IMG/VR virus record: IMGVR_UViG_3300037483_000299
Span: 1-64,000 of that record
Source: a virus
DNA length: 64,000 nucleotides
Strand: one strand, 5' to 3'
Shown here: piece after piece, positions 40,842 to 51,427 of the stretch
How the letters are laid out: the number at the start of each line of letters is the position of its first letter
Position numbering within the stretch: the stretch's first letter is position 1
Made by a program: the position numbers and the translations under genes
Notes under the pieces: generated by a model
What the model saw: only the letters and a program-made list of their open reading frames with translations
What the model was told of the DNA's origin: nothing
The model's database searches: none

Positions 40842-42107
40842 ATGGCGGGGACTCAGCGGTCGGTTGATGCGTTCAAGCCGGAACTGGTGCAACCCGAAAT
40901 CCTCCGGCAGCTCATCAACCTCGTGACGGACTTGGAGACGCTGCGGAATGCCCTCGATGTTGGGGGCATTACCGCCGTCACCGAGTTGATGGCGGATCAT
41001 GCGACGTTCCTGACGTGGGGGACGGAAGTAGACGCGGACGAGAACAACATCGCCAATCAGGTGGACTACCTCCTCACCCCGGATGGGGTGACCGGTGGGA
41101 GTTACGCCTTTTCCGCCGGAGCCGCGCCCACCCTCGCGGCGACGGGCTGGGTGAAGTACCAGATTGATAGGGCGGAGTACACGGCCGAGATGCCGGCCAC
41201 CATCACGCTTGAGGACCTGGGCGATGTCACGCAGGGGAACTTCTCGGCGTGGCGGATTGAGATTGACAAGCTCGGCGCGGTGACGGCGAAAGCCTCGCCC
41301 ACGGTGGGGGGCTACGCCACGGCCCAGATCGCACTCCTGGCGCTCGGCGGCCTCGCTCCCACCGCGAGCACGGTCACGCTCGGCTATCTCACCCTCACCG
41401 ATGCGGATTCCGTCATCAACGTCGGGACCGACAACCTCAACGCCGCTGGCGTCACGTCGGCCATCTACTACGAACGCGGGCCCCGGAAGCGCATCAGTGG
41501 GCTTAACGCCGCATTGGGAGCGGCTTCGACGCTCACCGCGGCCTCGACGACCTACGGGCACGGCACGATCAACGCCAACATGAACGGGCTCAAGAAAGCC
41601 GAGATCACGGCCGGGGCGACGCAAGCCCTGACCGATGCGGATACGATCAGCACGCTCAAGTTTGGGAACGTGCTCATCTGTACCGATCTCGCGGGAACAG
41701 GGAAGGTCAGCATCAATGCCGCCGGGACGCCCGGCGTGACGGCGATGGCCTATGCCTCGGCCGCTGCGGCGCTGACAGCTTCCGATCTGGTTGTGGATCG
41801 GTTGCCGTCGATGTTCGTGCCCATCGCACTCATCAAGGTCAGCAACCAGTCCGGGGGCACGTTCACTTTCAAGACGACCAACTGGGATGCCGCTAGCGTC
41901 ACCAGCACGATTACCGACGCCACGTCGGCGCCCTGGGATCGCACGGTGGCGAGTGGGTTCAACTCGCATCAGGTGAGCCGCGATCCGATTCCGGCTGATG
42001 TCACCGCGCCCTTGCCCTCTACGCTTTCGGCCACGGTGCCGAGCGCCACGGCGGTCAACGAAGCCGGCGACCTCGTGGCGGCGTCTATCGCGCTGAGTGA
42101 AACCTGA
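40842..42107 (+). CDS. Virion structural protein with internal repeat
   Basis: Ala/Thr-rich; YATAQIAL / YASAAAAL repeat. Confidence 0.55.
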   Translation: MAGTQRSVDAFKPELVQPEILRQLINLVTDLETLRNALDVGGITAVTELMADHATFLTWGTEVDADENNIANQVDYLLTPDGVTGGSYAFSAGAAPTLAATGWVKYQIDRAEYTAEMPATITLEDLGDVTQGNFSAWRIEIDKLGAVTAKASPTVGGYATAQIALLALGGLAPTASTVTLGYLTLTDADSVINVGTDNLNAAGVTSAIYYERGPRKRISGLNAALGAASTLTAASTTYGHGTINANMNGLKKAEITAGATQALTDADTISTLKFGNVLICTDLAGTGKVSINAAGTPGVTAMAYASAAAALTASDLVVDRLPSMFVPIALIKVSNQSGGTFTFKTTNWDAASVTSTITDATSAPWDRTVASGFNSHQVSRDPIPADVTAPLPSTLSATVPSATAVNEAGDLVAASIALSET

Positions 42108-42883
42108 TGATGTACCGGGAAACCTGGGACGCTGATCCGGCGTGGCAGGCTGACCTCGAGCGCCTGGCGCCTCGGAGTGACCGGGTCAACTGGCTCCTGA
42201 TCCATTGGGAGCCTGGGGTCGCGTGGGAGCCGGTGCAACGCTGGGAAATCCGCGAGATGATCCCGGCCCTCGATACCGTGCCGGGGGAGATGATCGAGGA
42301 GTACCAGGGACCCGACCCGCGGACCAGGGGACGGTGGCTGGAGGAGAAAGAGGAGAACGGGACGCTCACGAAGTCCTGGCACTCGGATAGTCTCGTCTCC
42401 CATCGGCAATGGCAACTGTTCCACCTGACCCGGTGCCACTCGCAACGCTTCTGGGTCATCCAAGGTTCGTACGGGGGCCATCGGGTACATCTCCCCTTTG
42501 ACCAGCGGCGCATCCTCGCGGGTCAAGGTCGGGTCGCGGATACCCCGGCGCCCGGGGCCCTGCCCTACGCCGAGTATTCCAGCCGCACGTTCACCCGGAT
42601 TGCGGAGTGCGACCGGTTGCAGAAGTGGAAGCACGCGCTCGCCTGGGATCAGCGGCAGGAACGGAAAACCGACGCCGGGCTTTGGGTCAAGCAGGACCGG
42701 CGGAATGATGCGGCCGCGTGGAATACCGAGTTTCTGAAGTGGTGGGACGATCAGGTGGAAGGCTGGGTGCGGGATCTGCCGCAGTCCGCCATCCCGGCGT
42801 TCTCGGATATGCCCCGAGGGGATACACAGTACAACCGTGACGAGGACGCGCTGGACGCGAGCCTTGTCCATGAGGAGGACTAA
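42107..42883 (+). CDS. Hypothetical protein
   Basis: 258 aa, coupled to neighbours. Confidence 0.6.
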   Translation: MMYRETWDADPAWQADLERLAPRSDRVNWLLIHWEPGVAWEPVQRWEIREMIPALDTVPGEMIEEYQGPDPRTRGRWLEEKEENGTLTKSWHSDSLVSHRQWQLFHLTRCHSQRFWVIQGSYGGHRVHLPFDQRRILAGQGRVADTPAPGALPYAEYSSRTFTRIAECDRLQKWKHALAWDQRQERKTDAGLWVKQDRRNDAAAWNTEFLKWWDDQVEGWVRDLPQSAIPAFSDMPRGDTQYNRDEDALDASLVHEED

Positions 42884-43617
42884 TGGCGAGGCCCAAGACA
42901 CAGCGGGATCAGCGGCGGGACGTGATGGCGGAAGATCAGTTCGGGCGGCCCTGGAGCTACCAGATCGAGATTGCGACGGGCGATCCGACGGGGCTCATCA
43001 ATGCGGCCGGCTGGCACGATCCGCTCCGCACGCCGCAGAAGTACTTGAAGCCGAAGAACGCGTTCGGGATGCAGGCGGGGTCCTTCATGGTGGATTTCCC
43101 GACGTGGATTACCGACCACGTGCGGGCAATGGGTGACTGGCAGCAGCAGCTCATGCGCGTCGCCCAGCTCAAGTACCCCGGAGGCATCAGTCCCGAGGAC
43201 GCGGAACAGAACCCGTGGCTGGCGATTCTCACCGGCCCGAAACCGTGGCCGTCCGTCGAAGCCCTGAAGGCCGCGATGCAGGGGAGTACCGCCTTGCTGG
43301 GCTGGGATCGGGCGCGGAAGTGTCCGGCCCAGACGGTCCAGCGGCATGATGGCCGCATGGTGCCGGCGGATCGAGGCGCGCGGAAGCTGTTGGGCGTGGA
43401 GACGGTCGAGGACACACTGGCGGCGGCGTCCGGGGAAACCTCACGGGAACGGGTGGGGACAGAAGCACCGGGGGAGGACACGGCACCGGACACGCCGCCT
43501 TCGCATGAGCCACCGAAGACGTGGCCGGAGTTCGTGAAGTGGGCGCGCCAGACGGGTCAGGCCATGAACACGACCGAGGCCGGCAAGCTCTGGGCGGCCC
43601 GGAAAGCGGGGGTCTAA
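42883..43617 (+). CDS. Hypothetical protein
   Basis: 244 aa, coupled to neighbours. Confidence 0.6.
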   Translation: MARPKTQRDQRRDVMAEDQFGRPWSYQIEIATGDPTGLINAAGWHDPLRTPQKYLKPKNAFGMQAGSFMVDFPTWITDHVRAMGDWQQQLMRVAQLKYPGGISPEDAEQNPWLAILTGPKPWPSVEALKAAMQGSTALLGWDRARKCPAQTVQRHDGRMVPADRGARKLLGVETVEDTLAAASGETSRERVGTEAPGEDTAPDTPPSHEPPKTWPEFVKWARQTGQAMNTTEAGKLWAARKAGV

Positions 43618-43989
43618 ATGGCCGTCGTCCAGATCGGGCACAACACCCAATACGGCGTCTCGCATACGCTGGACGCGACGGATGAGCATACCCCGCTGGC
43701 GGATACCGGGGCGGCGGCGGGCCTCATCAACTACCACATCGTCTTCAACGGGACCTGGGACGGGACGCTCACCTTCGAGGCGGGGACGAAGATCAACGGG
43801 ACGCTCGTCTGGGACCCGATCCTCGCCACCAATCTGGTGAGTGCCGCGACCGCGACCACGACGGTAGGGGCGACGACCACGGATGAAATCTGGCGCATCG
43901 ATGCCACCGGCTTGTCCGGCATCCGGGTGTACGCCACCCTCGTCACCGCCGGCTCTTGTACCGTCACGCCCACCTGGGCGATGGGGTAA
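43618..43989 (+). CDS. Small virion beta protein
   Basis: GTWDGTLTFEA motif similar to the 39516 protein. Confidence 0.55.
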   Translation: MAVVQIGHNTQYGVSHTLDATDEHTPLADTGAAAGLINYHIVFNGTWDGTLTFEAGTKINGTLVWDPILATNLVSAATATTTVGATTTDEIWRIDATGLSGIRVYATLVTAGSCTVTPTWAMG

Positions 43990-43995
43990 GTCCAA

Positions 43996-44628
43996 ATGCT
44001 CACCACTTCAGGTCGTGATGAAATCCTGGCGCTGTACGCGACGGGTCACTACGTCGGGCTGATCTCGGCCGAGACGGATTGGCGCGCCGGGTCTGTGACC
44101 GAACTGTCCTACAGCGGATACGCCCGACTGGCCTTGGCCCTCGATGCCGCGGCGAATGGCTCACCGGCCACCTTCCGGCGTCGGGCCAACAGCGGGCAGT
44201 TGACCTTTGCCGCCGTCGCGGGGGGCGCGGTCGCCCCACTGCTCTACGGCGTCTGGGATGCGCTGACCGTCGGGACGCTCAAGGCCATCGGGCCCTTTAG
44301 TGCCGACGTGCCTGTTGTGGCGTCGGTCGTGGATACGACCGCTGACGATTTCGTAGCGGTGGCGCATGGACTGGTCGCCGACCAACGGGTGTATCTCCTG
44401 GCAAGCGCCGGGATGCCGATGCCGACGGGAGTAGTCGACGATACGCTCTATTACATCGGAACCGTCGCGGATGCCGACCACTTCACCCTCTCGACTACGG
44501 CGTCGAACGCCAACCCGGTGGCGATTACCACCCTGGGGGCGGTACAGGTGATCCCGACAGCCGCGACGACCGTCAACAACGACGAGTCGCCGCAGATCGC
44601 CATTGGTGGCGTGCTCCTGGCAATCTAG
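43996..44628 (+). CDS. Fibre-attachment/tail fibre-associated protein
   Basis: ELSYSGYARLA...GVWDALTVG and an AHGLVADQRV insertion domain. Confidence 0.55.
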   Translation: MLTTSGRDEILALYATGHYVGLISAETDWRAGSVTELSYSGYARLALALDAAANGSPATFRRRANSGQLTFAAVAGGAVAPLLYGVWDALTVGTLKAIGPFSADVPVVASVVDTTADDFVAVAHGLVADQRVYLLASAGMPMPTGVVDDTLYYIGTVADADHFTLSTTASNANPVAITTLGAVQVIPTAATTVNNDESPQIAIGGVLLAI

Positions 44629-44630
44629 CC

Positions 44631-45611
44631 GTGGCCCGTTACGTCCGGTTCCAACGGGAGCCTATTTCGGCTGGCGGTGGGCTTGCGCTTACCCTTGGCC
44701 CTTCCCATCTCGGGCTCTTTCGTGCTAGCGGAGCGGTGAGTGCGGTTGCGGGGGCTGATGAGGATGCCGAACCGACTTATTCCGCCGGGGCGGGTGATGT
44801 CTCGCTGTTGACCGAGGACTTCGACGCCTGGGCAAGCGTGGATCAATCGGCGGTCGCCGCGCCCAAGATGCGCGTCTTTGGGGATGCAGAGAACGGGGGT
44901 GGCAATCCGGTTGCGACGGCAACGCTCGTCAGCCCAGGTCGTGGGGGTGCCGGGAAGTGTCTCCGGCTGACCTACCCCCAGGCCCAGAGTGCCGTCGATT
45001 CGCGGCACTTCCTTCAGACGGTAGGTATCTCGGTCAGCACCGCGTTCACCAGCTACCAAACGATCTGGATTCGGCCGAGTACGAATGCGTGTTCCTTGGG
45101 CAGCGTGAAGGGTACCACGCCAAAGTTCATCCAGCACTACCACACGGCCCAGGGAGCCGCACAGCGGGTCCAGATCAGCTCGTTCAAGTTCGCTTCTGGC
45201 TCGCCCTCCCTCGGTGGGCTACCCGCCAGGGAATACTTCCACGTCAATAGTCAGGCGAACTCTTTGGCCTTACAGCGGGGCGACCCGCACTGGCTCACGA
45301 GCGGGGGCCTCGCGGATCTCGCCGACAACGATTGGCACCGCTTCACGACCGGGGTCAAGGCCAACACGAGTCAGGGGTCCCGCGATGGCATGGCGAAGTT
45401 GTGGGTTGATGGGACGCTGGTCGTCGATCTGTCGGCCCGGGGGGTACTGCTGGGTCGCACCGATAACACTGAACTTGATCAGTTGGTGTGGGATCGTGGC
45501 ATCGGAGACATTCACTACGGCGACGTGCTCTTCGCCGCCGCCGCGCAAGCGACCGCGACCTTTACGTTCGATTATGACGACTTCCAACGCTGGCGGAAGG
45601 TGAGCGGCTAA
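44631..45611 (+). CDS. Polysaccharide-lyase/LamG-like jelly-roll protein (virion module copy)
   Basis: EDFD, LRLTYP, WHR...KANT..GSRDG.AKLWVDG, YDDF; paralogue of 57534. Confidence 0.6.
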   Translation: MARYVRFQREPISAGGGLALTLGPSHLGLFRASGAVSAVAGADEDAEPTYSAGAGDVSLLTEDFDAWASVDQSAVAAPKMRVFGDAENGGGNPVATATLVSPGRGGAGKCLRLTYPQAQSAVDSRHFLQTVGISVSTAFTSYQTIWIRPSTNACSLGSVKGTTPKFIQHYHTAQGAAQRVQISSFKFASGSPSLGGLPAREYFHVNSQANSLALQRGDPHWLTSGGLADLADNDWHRFTTGVKANTSQGSRDGMAKLWVDGTLVVDLSARGVLLGRTDNTELDQLVWDRGIGDIHYGDVLFAAAAQATATFTFDYDDFQRWRKVSG

Positions 45612-46813
45612 TGCCGGCGGGAACTCCGGTCGTCCTCGGGACGGACGTTGCGCTTGATACCAGCAGTGATCTGGTCGTCACGATTACGGCGGTGACGGCA
45701 AACCGGAAGGTGCTCTGCTTCATCCACAAGGTCCGGGCGACTTCGACGCCGGCGGCCTCAACGCCTACTGGGGGGCTCGGGGCGGATACTTGGGCTCTCG
45801 TCACCGCTGGAGCGGGCGGCACGCTGTCCTACGACGTGGCTGGGGGGTCGCGCGGCGTGGGATGGGTCTACGAGGCGAAACCGTCGTCCCCGAGCGGAAC
45901 CGAGGTCACGATCCCGACCGACGGCATCACCTATGAAGTGGTCCGCGCAACGGTCGTGAGCGTTCCTGATACGAGTACCGTTGTGCAGTGTGTCCAAGAC
46001 ATCGGCGGCACGAATCCGGTGAGCTGCGCGCTCTTGGAGATGGCGGACACGACTAATAACATCTTCATCATGATGGCGTGCCACAACGGGACGGCTAGCC
46101 GGACGTGGGACCCAGACGCCGCCGATGGCTTCACGGAGCTGACCGACACCAACGATATTAGTGCGAGCACTGACCGCGGTGTCACTGAGATACAGTACAA
46201 CATAGCAGCGGCGGGCGCGGTGACGGCGGATGCAACACTCAGTGCGGCGTCCAGCATCATCGGCGGGGTAGCACTGGAGCTGGCCTATGCGGCAGAGAGT
46301 ACCCCGGTCGCGCTGGCCGGCGCCCCTTCCCATCTTGGCGTATTCCATGCAACGGGCGAATTGGACCGACTGGCAAGCATCGGGCCGGTTTACCTTGGGG
46401 TGTTTCATGCACAAGGCGCAATCTCCGCCTTCAGCGCCGCCACGGTGCCCGACGCGCCAACGGGCTTGGCTGTCCAGATACTCGATCTTCAGGGACCTAA
46501 GGCCCGCCTGACGTGGACGGACAACGCCGATGATGAGACCTCGTACCATGTGGAGCGGGCCAGCGATTGGAATGGCGCCACCGGCACGTTCGCCGAAGTG
46601 GAGAGCCTTGCGCCCGACGTGGAAACGGCTGACGATGACGGCTCTTTTCAGCCGGGCCAAGAATATGCGTGGCGCGTCTTTGCTCGGAATGCGGCGGGTG
46701 ACAGTGACGACAGCAACGTGGTAACGGCAACGCCGAGCCCGGCGACAGACTGGACGATGGGGCCGATAGGCCGGACGCTACGCATGGGCCGCCGTCGGGC
46801 CTTGTTGATGTGA
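45611..46813 (+). CDS. Virion adhesin with C-terminal FN3 domain
   Basis: [38 protein letters not shown]. Confidence 0.75.
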   Translation: MPAGTPVVLGTDVALDTSSDLVVTITAVTANRKVLCFIHKVRATSTPAASTPTGGLGADTWALVTAGAGGTLSYDVAGGSRGVGWVYEAKPSSPSGTEVTIPTDGITYEVVRATVVSVPDTSTVVQCVQDIGGTNPVSCALLEMADTTNNIFIMMACHNGTASRTWDPDAADGFTELTDTNDISASTDRGVTEIQYNIAAAGAVTADATLSAASSIIGGVALELAYAAESTPVALAGAPSHLGVFHATGELDRLASIGPVYLGVFHAQGAISAFSAATVPDAPTGLAVQILDLQGPKARLTWTDNADDETSYHVERASDWNGATGTFAEVESLAPDVETADDDGSFQPGQEYAWRVFARNAAGDSDDSNVVTATPSPATDWTMGPIGRTLRMGRRRALLM

Positions 46814-46823
46814 GGAGCGACTA

Positions 46824-47348
46824 GTGGCAAGCTGTCAATGCGGGTGCGGCCGCGAGGTGAAGAACCGCTTCGTCAAGGGGCATCATGTGCGCGTGATGCG
46901 TATTCGGCGTGGAACGTCGGAGTCACGGTTCCTCATGAAGATTCGCAAGGAACCTACCGGTTGCTGGTCGTGGATAGGGGCGCGAGCCGTAGTGGGGTAC
47001 GGGAAGTTCTGGTACGAAGGCCGGCTTATGGAGGCCCACCGAGCGGCCTTCCTGCTCTTCCGTGGGGAGATTCCCCTTGGACATCATGTATGCCATACCT
47101 GTGACTGCCCGTCATGCGTCAACCCAGAGCACTTGTTCACAGGAACGCGAAGCGAAAACATGATGGACGCTAGCCGGAAGGGGCGGACGTCGAACCAGAA
47201 CCGTGGCAAGACACATTGTATTAGAGGGCACAATCTCGCGGATGCCTACGTACATCCCCGCGGGAATCGGGTCTGTCGCCACTGTGGCCCGATTTGGAGA
47301 GACCGGTATCTCGCTAAACGCCAGAGGGTGACACATGGCGAGCTATGA
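46824..47348 (+). CDS. HNH homing endonuclease
   Basis: [42 protein letters not shown]. Confidence 0.9.
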   Translation: MASCQCGCGREVKNRFVKGHHVRVMRIRRGTSESRFLMKIRKEPTGCWSWIGARAVVGYGKFWYEGRLMEAHRAAFLLFRGEIPLGHHVCHTCDCPSCVNPEHLFTGTRSENMMDASRKGRTSNQNRGKTHCIRGHNLADAYVHPRGNRVCRHCGPIWRDRYLAKRQRVTHGEL

Positions 47349-48027
47349 TTCCAGCGACCTTCTCGCCCTGTTCCTGCGCGATGCGGGCATTCCGAGCACG
47401 ACGGAGTTCCCGACCACGGCGCAAGCGTACACCTATCTCCGGGACGGGCAGTCCTACTACTACGGCGTGTTTGCGACGCATTGCCCGTGGTACCTGATGG
47501 CGGCGCCGACGCTGCTCACATCGAGCGATAGCGGCGTGACGTACGTCATGCCCAGCTCGACGCACGTCCTCGCGGTCGAAGTCTACGACAGCCTGAACGG
47601 CCGGCTTCTACGGCCCTGTAGCTACTGGGATCGGGGCGGCGATTACGTCTGGGAAGGGAACCGGATTCGGATGCCGGGCAGCGTCGCCAAGACGTTCAGC
47701 GGTGGGCCGTACGTGCGGTACATCGCCGAGCCCACTGACCTCGATGGTTCTACGGCTCCTACACTGATGCCGGACCATGCCCGGGTGCTGATCGTGGCCC
47801 ACGCGGTGACGACTTGGGCCGGCCGGGGCGGGATGCGGGATGCGCGGCCCTTCAAGGAAGCGGAAAAGAGTCTGGCGTGGGGCGACCCCGACCGCCCGGG
47901 CGACATCGGGATCATCGGGGCCTTGAAGCTCCAGAACCCCTTCTTGGGTGCGACGGCAAGCGCGAGCCGGGCCTTGGTGAGCGGGCTGCAAGCCATTGAT
48001 ACCGGCTCGGGGTACTCGGCGCTATGA
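47335..48027 (+). CDS. Head-to-tail adaptor (podo-type)
   Basis: [23 protein letters not shown] pattern; precedes the nozzle. Confidence 0.65.
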   Translation: MASYDSSDLLALFLRDAGIPSTTEFPTTAQAYTYLRDGQSYYYGVFATHCPWYLMAAPTLLTSSDSGVTYVMPSSTHVLAVEVYDSLNGRLLRPCSYWDRGGDYVWEGNRIRMPGSVAKTFSGGPYVRYIAEPTDLDGSTAPTLMPDHARVLIVAHAVTTWAGRGGMRDARPFKEAEKSLAWGDPDRPGDIGIIGALKLQNPFLGATASASRALVSGLQAIDTGSGYSAL

Positions 48028-48347
48028 GATACGTGCTGGCGGGTTTCATCCTGTTGGGTTGTACCGGCGAGTTGGTTGCGCCCGTTCCCGTGACTCAGCC
48101 CGTGTCAGTCCTGTGGTTTGTCGGGGTGTGCGACCGCCCCGTGGTCTGGTGGCTCCGGACCGACCCGGCTATCCGGCCTCCCGTCATGGTATACATGGCT
48201 CGCACTGATTCTCTTGCACTCCTCACAGACTCAGTCGTCATGGGACTCCGATGGATGGAATTGGATGGAGCGGCGCAGATCGTGGCTGCCGGTGAGTTTT
48301 CTACTGGCCCTGTGGGACGGCTCACAGCTACCTGCAGGAGTTTGTGA
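48024..48347 (+). CDS. Lipoprotein
   Basis: [13 protein letters not shown] lipobox. Confidence 0.6.
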   Translation: MRYVLAGFILLGCTGELVAPVPVTQPVSVLWFVGVCDRPVVWWLRTDPAIRPPVMVYMARTDSLALLTDSVVMGLRWMELDGAAQIVAAGEFSTGPVGRLTATCRSL

Positions 48348-48350
48348 ACA

Positions 48351-49982
48351 ATGCCAGCGCGCCGCTCAGTCACGTCTTGTGAGGGGGTAACGGGTATTCG
48401 GATCACGTCCTCGCTAGGGACCTTTCGGCCGGATGACGCGACGGTGTTAACCAACTGCCTGCCTGCGTCCACTGTGCGGGATATCCCTCAGCCGATTATC
48501 CCTCGGTACGGATTAGTCGGCTTGCCTGCAACACCGGCGGCGGTGACGAGTGGATCACATAACAACCAACTGATGTATGAGTTCCGGAAACTCGACGGGA
48601 CGCTCACCATCATCGGGGTCTGGAACGGTATCATTCATACCTACAATCCGACCACTGATGCCTGGACGGCAGTGGTGACAGCGGCCAATTTCGCCACGGC
48701 GAGTATCACCCGTGCAACGTCCGGTCGGTGGTTTGCCGCTACCTTCAACAACACGGTCGTATTCTCGGACAGCACGAACCTCCCGTTTACTTGGGACGGG
48801 ACGAGCGGGGCGGGAGGATTGGTTTCACTAACCAACGCGGCCGTGGCCTATGGTCGGCCCTTTGTCCATGCAGGCAAACTCGGGTTCATTCAGAACGCTG
48901 ACCGCTCAACGTTTATCTGGTCGGAAGAACTCGCAGCCAATACGGGCTATGAAGCGGGTGGCTACAACAACGCTTGGACCCTGAAACAGAACGGCTCTAA
49001 TCCGCTTGTGGGAATACAAGGGAGCAACGCCGGGTTGTTCTATTTTCGGACCCAGGGGATCGGAATCATCACAGGAGACGTGACCCCGGACTTTGCGACT
49101 ACTGCTACTGATGATGCGATTGCCGAATCAGTAGGGCTCGGAGGGCCGGACGCATTTCTGTTGCATGAAAAGCGTTTCTGGTTTCTTGACGAGGCTGGGC
49201 GCCCGTGGTCCCTAGAACTTGGCGGTGGCCTCACGCCGCTCTGGGCGGACCTAGAGGCAACGCAGGTAGCGGAAGCCAACCCCGGCGCCCCGGTCGTTGT
49301 GTACAGCTTTCCGAGGTCCACGGCGACAGCGCAAGTGTCGTGGAATCCGGTGTATGACCTTATCATGATGCGGGCGAGCGCCACAAGCGGGTTTGCACCG
49401 TACTGGTTCGGCTTTAGTCCCTATACGGGGCGGCTCGTGACCGCGTGGCAGTTTGATTCCGGTGAGGAGTTCTACAGTTCTGTTAGCACCACCTTCACAT
49501 CGGTTCCCGCGTGGGTCGTCGGGCTTAACGGGTCCTTCGCTGCTGCCGTCGTAGCCGGTCAATGGGAAGATTTGGATGTGTCGGCGGTAGACTATCGGTC
49601 GTACAGTTGTCAGTACCGGAGTGGGCCGCAAGCGTGGACAACTGGCCTCGCTTTACACTTTAGCCGCTTGGATCTTGTCGCACAGTCTGTAGCAACCAGT
49701 TTTGTGACGGCGGGAAGTGCGTACAGTCTCCGCGTGCTGACCTCTGACAATCCGGTGACCACTCAATCGGCGCAGACCGTCAACTATCTCACGCCAGCCG
49801 CACTCAACTTGCAGCGGTACGCGCAACATGAGGCGATTGGACTCAATGTTGGTGGCCGATGGGCGGCAGTGGATATCCAATTCACACCGGAAGAACTGAC
49901 CGGTGTGGCATTCGCCCCCCACGCTATTTATGGTTGGGCCCTGCACCATTACCCGATTGGGAATGAGCCGGAGGTCCGATGA
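48351..49982 (+). CDS. Tail nozzle/stabilisation protein (P22 gp10-like beta-propeller)
   Basis: 543 aa; IIPRYG, FIWSE, SVGLGGPD motifs; synteny. Confidence 0.7.
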   Translation: MPARRSVTSCEGVTGIRITSSLGTFRPDDATVLTNCLPASTVRDIPQPIIPRYGLVGLPATPAAVTSGSHNNQLMYEFRKLDGTLTIIGVWNGIIHTYNPTTDAWTAVVTAANFATASITRATSGRWFAATFNNTVVFSDSTNLPFTWDGTSGAGGLVSLTNAAVAYGRPFVHAGKLGFIQNADRSTFIWSEELAANTGYEAGGYNNAWTLKQNGSNPLVGIQGSNAGLFYFRTQGIGIITGDVTPDFATTATDDAIAESVGLGGPDAFLLHEKRFWFLDEAGRPWSLELGGGLTPLWADLEATQVAEANPGAPVVVYSFPRSTATAQVSWNPVYDLIMMRASATSGFAPYWFGFSPYTGRLVTAWQFDSGEEFYSSVSTTFTSVPAWVVGLNGSFAAAVVAGQWEDLDVSAVDYRSYSCQYRSGPQAWTTGLALHFSRLDLVAQSVATSFVTAGSAYSLRVLTSDNPVTTQSAQTVNYLTPAALNLQRYAQHEAIGLNVGGRWAAVDIQFTPEELTGVAFAPHAIYGWALHHYPIGNEPEVR

Positions 49983-50374
49983 CGCCGCCCTTCAAGCCGG
50001 AGTTGGATCGGTCGGTTGGCACACAAGACCGTCAAGTCACGGTGAAAATCAGGGATCGTGCTGCGCTCTATCAGACAGCAGACGCCGACCCCGCTGTCGC
50101 GCTCTACACCGTCCCGGTCAACTACACGGCGACAGGCCGCGTCTATGTGACGGAACGGTCGGGCACGGCGCGAACCTTCGGGATCGCGCTACGGAAATCC
50201 GGGGCGGCGATTGATAACGCGCACTACGTTGCGGGCCCGACGGCCCCGCTCGCAGCGAACGAGGACGCGCATACGGAGGAGTTCAAGAAACTGCCGGTGA
50301 ATACCATCGTCCAGGTCGTCGCGTCGTCGGCCGATGTCTCCTTTTCCTGGGTTGGGATTGAGGAGCCGGTATGA
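49979..50374 (+). CDS. Tail-associated hypothetical protein
   Basis: ALYTVP...VQVVASSADVSF pattern. Confidence 0.5.
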   Translation: MTPPFKPELDRSVGTQDRQVTVKIRDRAALYQTADADPAVALYTVPVNYTATGRVYVTERSGTARTFGIALRKSGAAIDNAHYVAGPTAPLAANEDAHTEEFKKLPVNTIVQVVASSADVSFSWVGIEEPV

Positions 50375-50610
50375 CGATGATCCGGCGGTATGTGCGGCAA
50401 ACGGCGCCCGTAAACATCGGGGACGTGTCCGGGCGGCTCAGGATACAGCGGGCAGCGGCAGAGCAGATGAATGTGCTAGGGGAGAGTAACAGCTACGCCA
50501 CGGTTCGCCTTATGGGCCTGACGGTAGACGGATTAGTCGGTGTCGGATCTCGCGCAGTCGTGGCGGATGCGAACGGCGTGTTGAGCGCGCCCTAGGAAGG
50601 AACGAGACGC

Positions 50611-51426
50611 ATGGCGAACAATCCCCTGAGCCTGGGGCCGCGGTTCAACATTCTCCTGCAAGAAGCAGTGGGGCAGGGGATCGACCGAGCGGCGTTGATC
50701 CAGGCACTCCAGAACCTGCCCCCGGATCAGTTCCGGGCTTTGCAGTCCTCACAGGCTACCGGCTTCGAGGCGTTGAACCAAGCGATGGGCGGGCAGCTCG
50801 ATCCCGCGAAAACGAGCACGACGTTGGGGGGCGAACGCAAGCCGTCAAGCGCATGGAAGGGCCTGACCGATCCCCGCACGTTGGCCTTTCTTGCCGCTCC
50901 GCTCGCCGTAGCGGCTGCACCTGCGGTCGCTGGCGCGGTAGGAGCCGCGGGAGCGGCTGGTTCTGCTGCGTCCGGTGCTGGCGCACTCAGCACGCTCGGC
51001 CAAATCGGCAACATCGCCCGCACCGCCGCCCCGATCATTGGTGGAGTAGCCAATGCCATCGGGGGTGCCCAGAGTGGTGGGCAGGCGGACAAGTACGCGG
51101 AAGCGGCCGGTGAAGCGGGGCTGCGAGAGACGGCCGACCGGGAGCGGATTCGCGCGGCGCTCTTGCAGCGGATGGTGAGTAGCCCCGGCGGAGCCCGGCC
51201 TGACCTGTCGGCCACGTTCGCCGGCAGTCAGAACCCCTTTGGGTCGGTCGCCCCTCGGATGCCCAGTGCGCCGATTCCCGGCGCGTTGGCCCCATCAGGC
51301 GGCGGTGTCCCTCCGGGCCGGGATCTGGGGACGGTAAATGTCCAGCCCGGCACTGCCGCACCGATGACGCCAGAGGAGCGGCGGCGAAAAGGGTTGATGC
51401 AGTCTCTTGTGCTGGGAGGACGCTAA
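50611..51426 (+). CDS. DNA ejection/pilot protein
   Basis: Gly/Ala-rich hydrophobic segment; position after tail genes. Confidence 0.6.
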   Translation: MANNPLSLGPRFNILLQEAVGQGIDRAALIQALQNLPPDQFRALQSSQATGFEALNQAMGGQLDPAKTSTTLGGERKPSSAWKGLTDPRTLAFLAAPLAVAAAPAVAGAVGAAGAAGSAASGAGALSTLGQIGNIARTAAPIIGGVANAIGGAQSGGQADKYAEAAGEAGLRETADRERIRAALLQRMVSSPGGARPDLSATFAGSQNPFGSVAPRMPSAPIPGALAPSGGGVPPGRDLGTVNVQPGTAAPMTPEERRRKGLMQSLVLGGR

Positions 51427-51427
51427 C

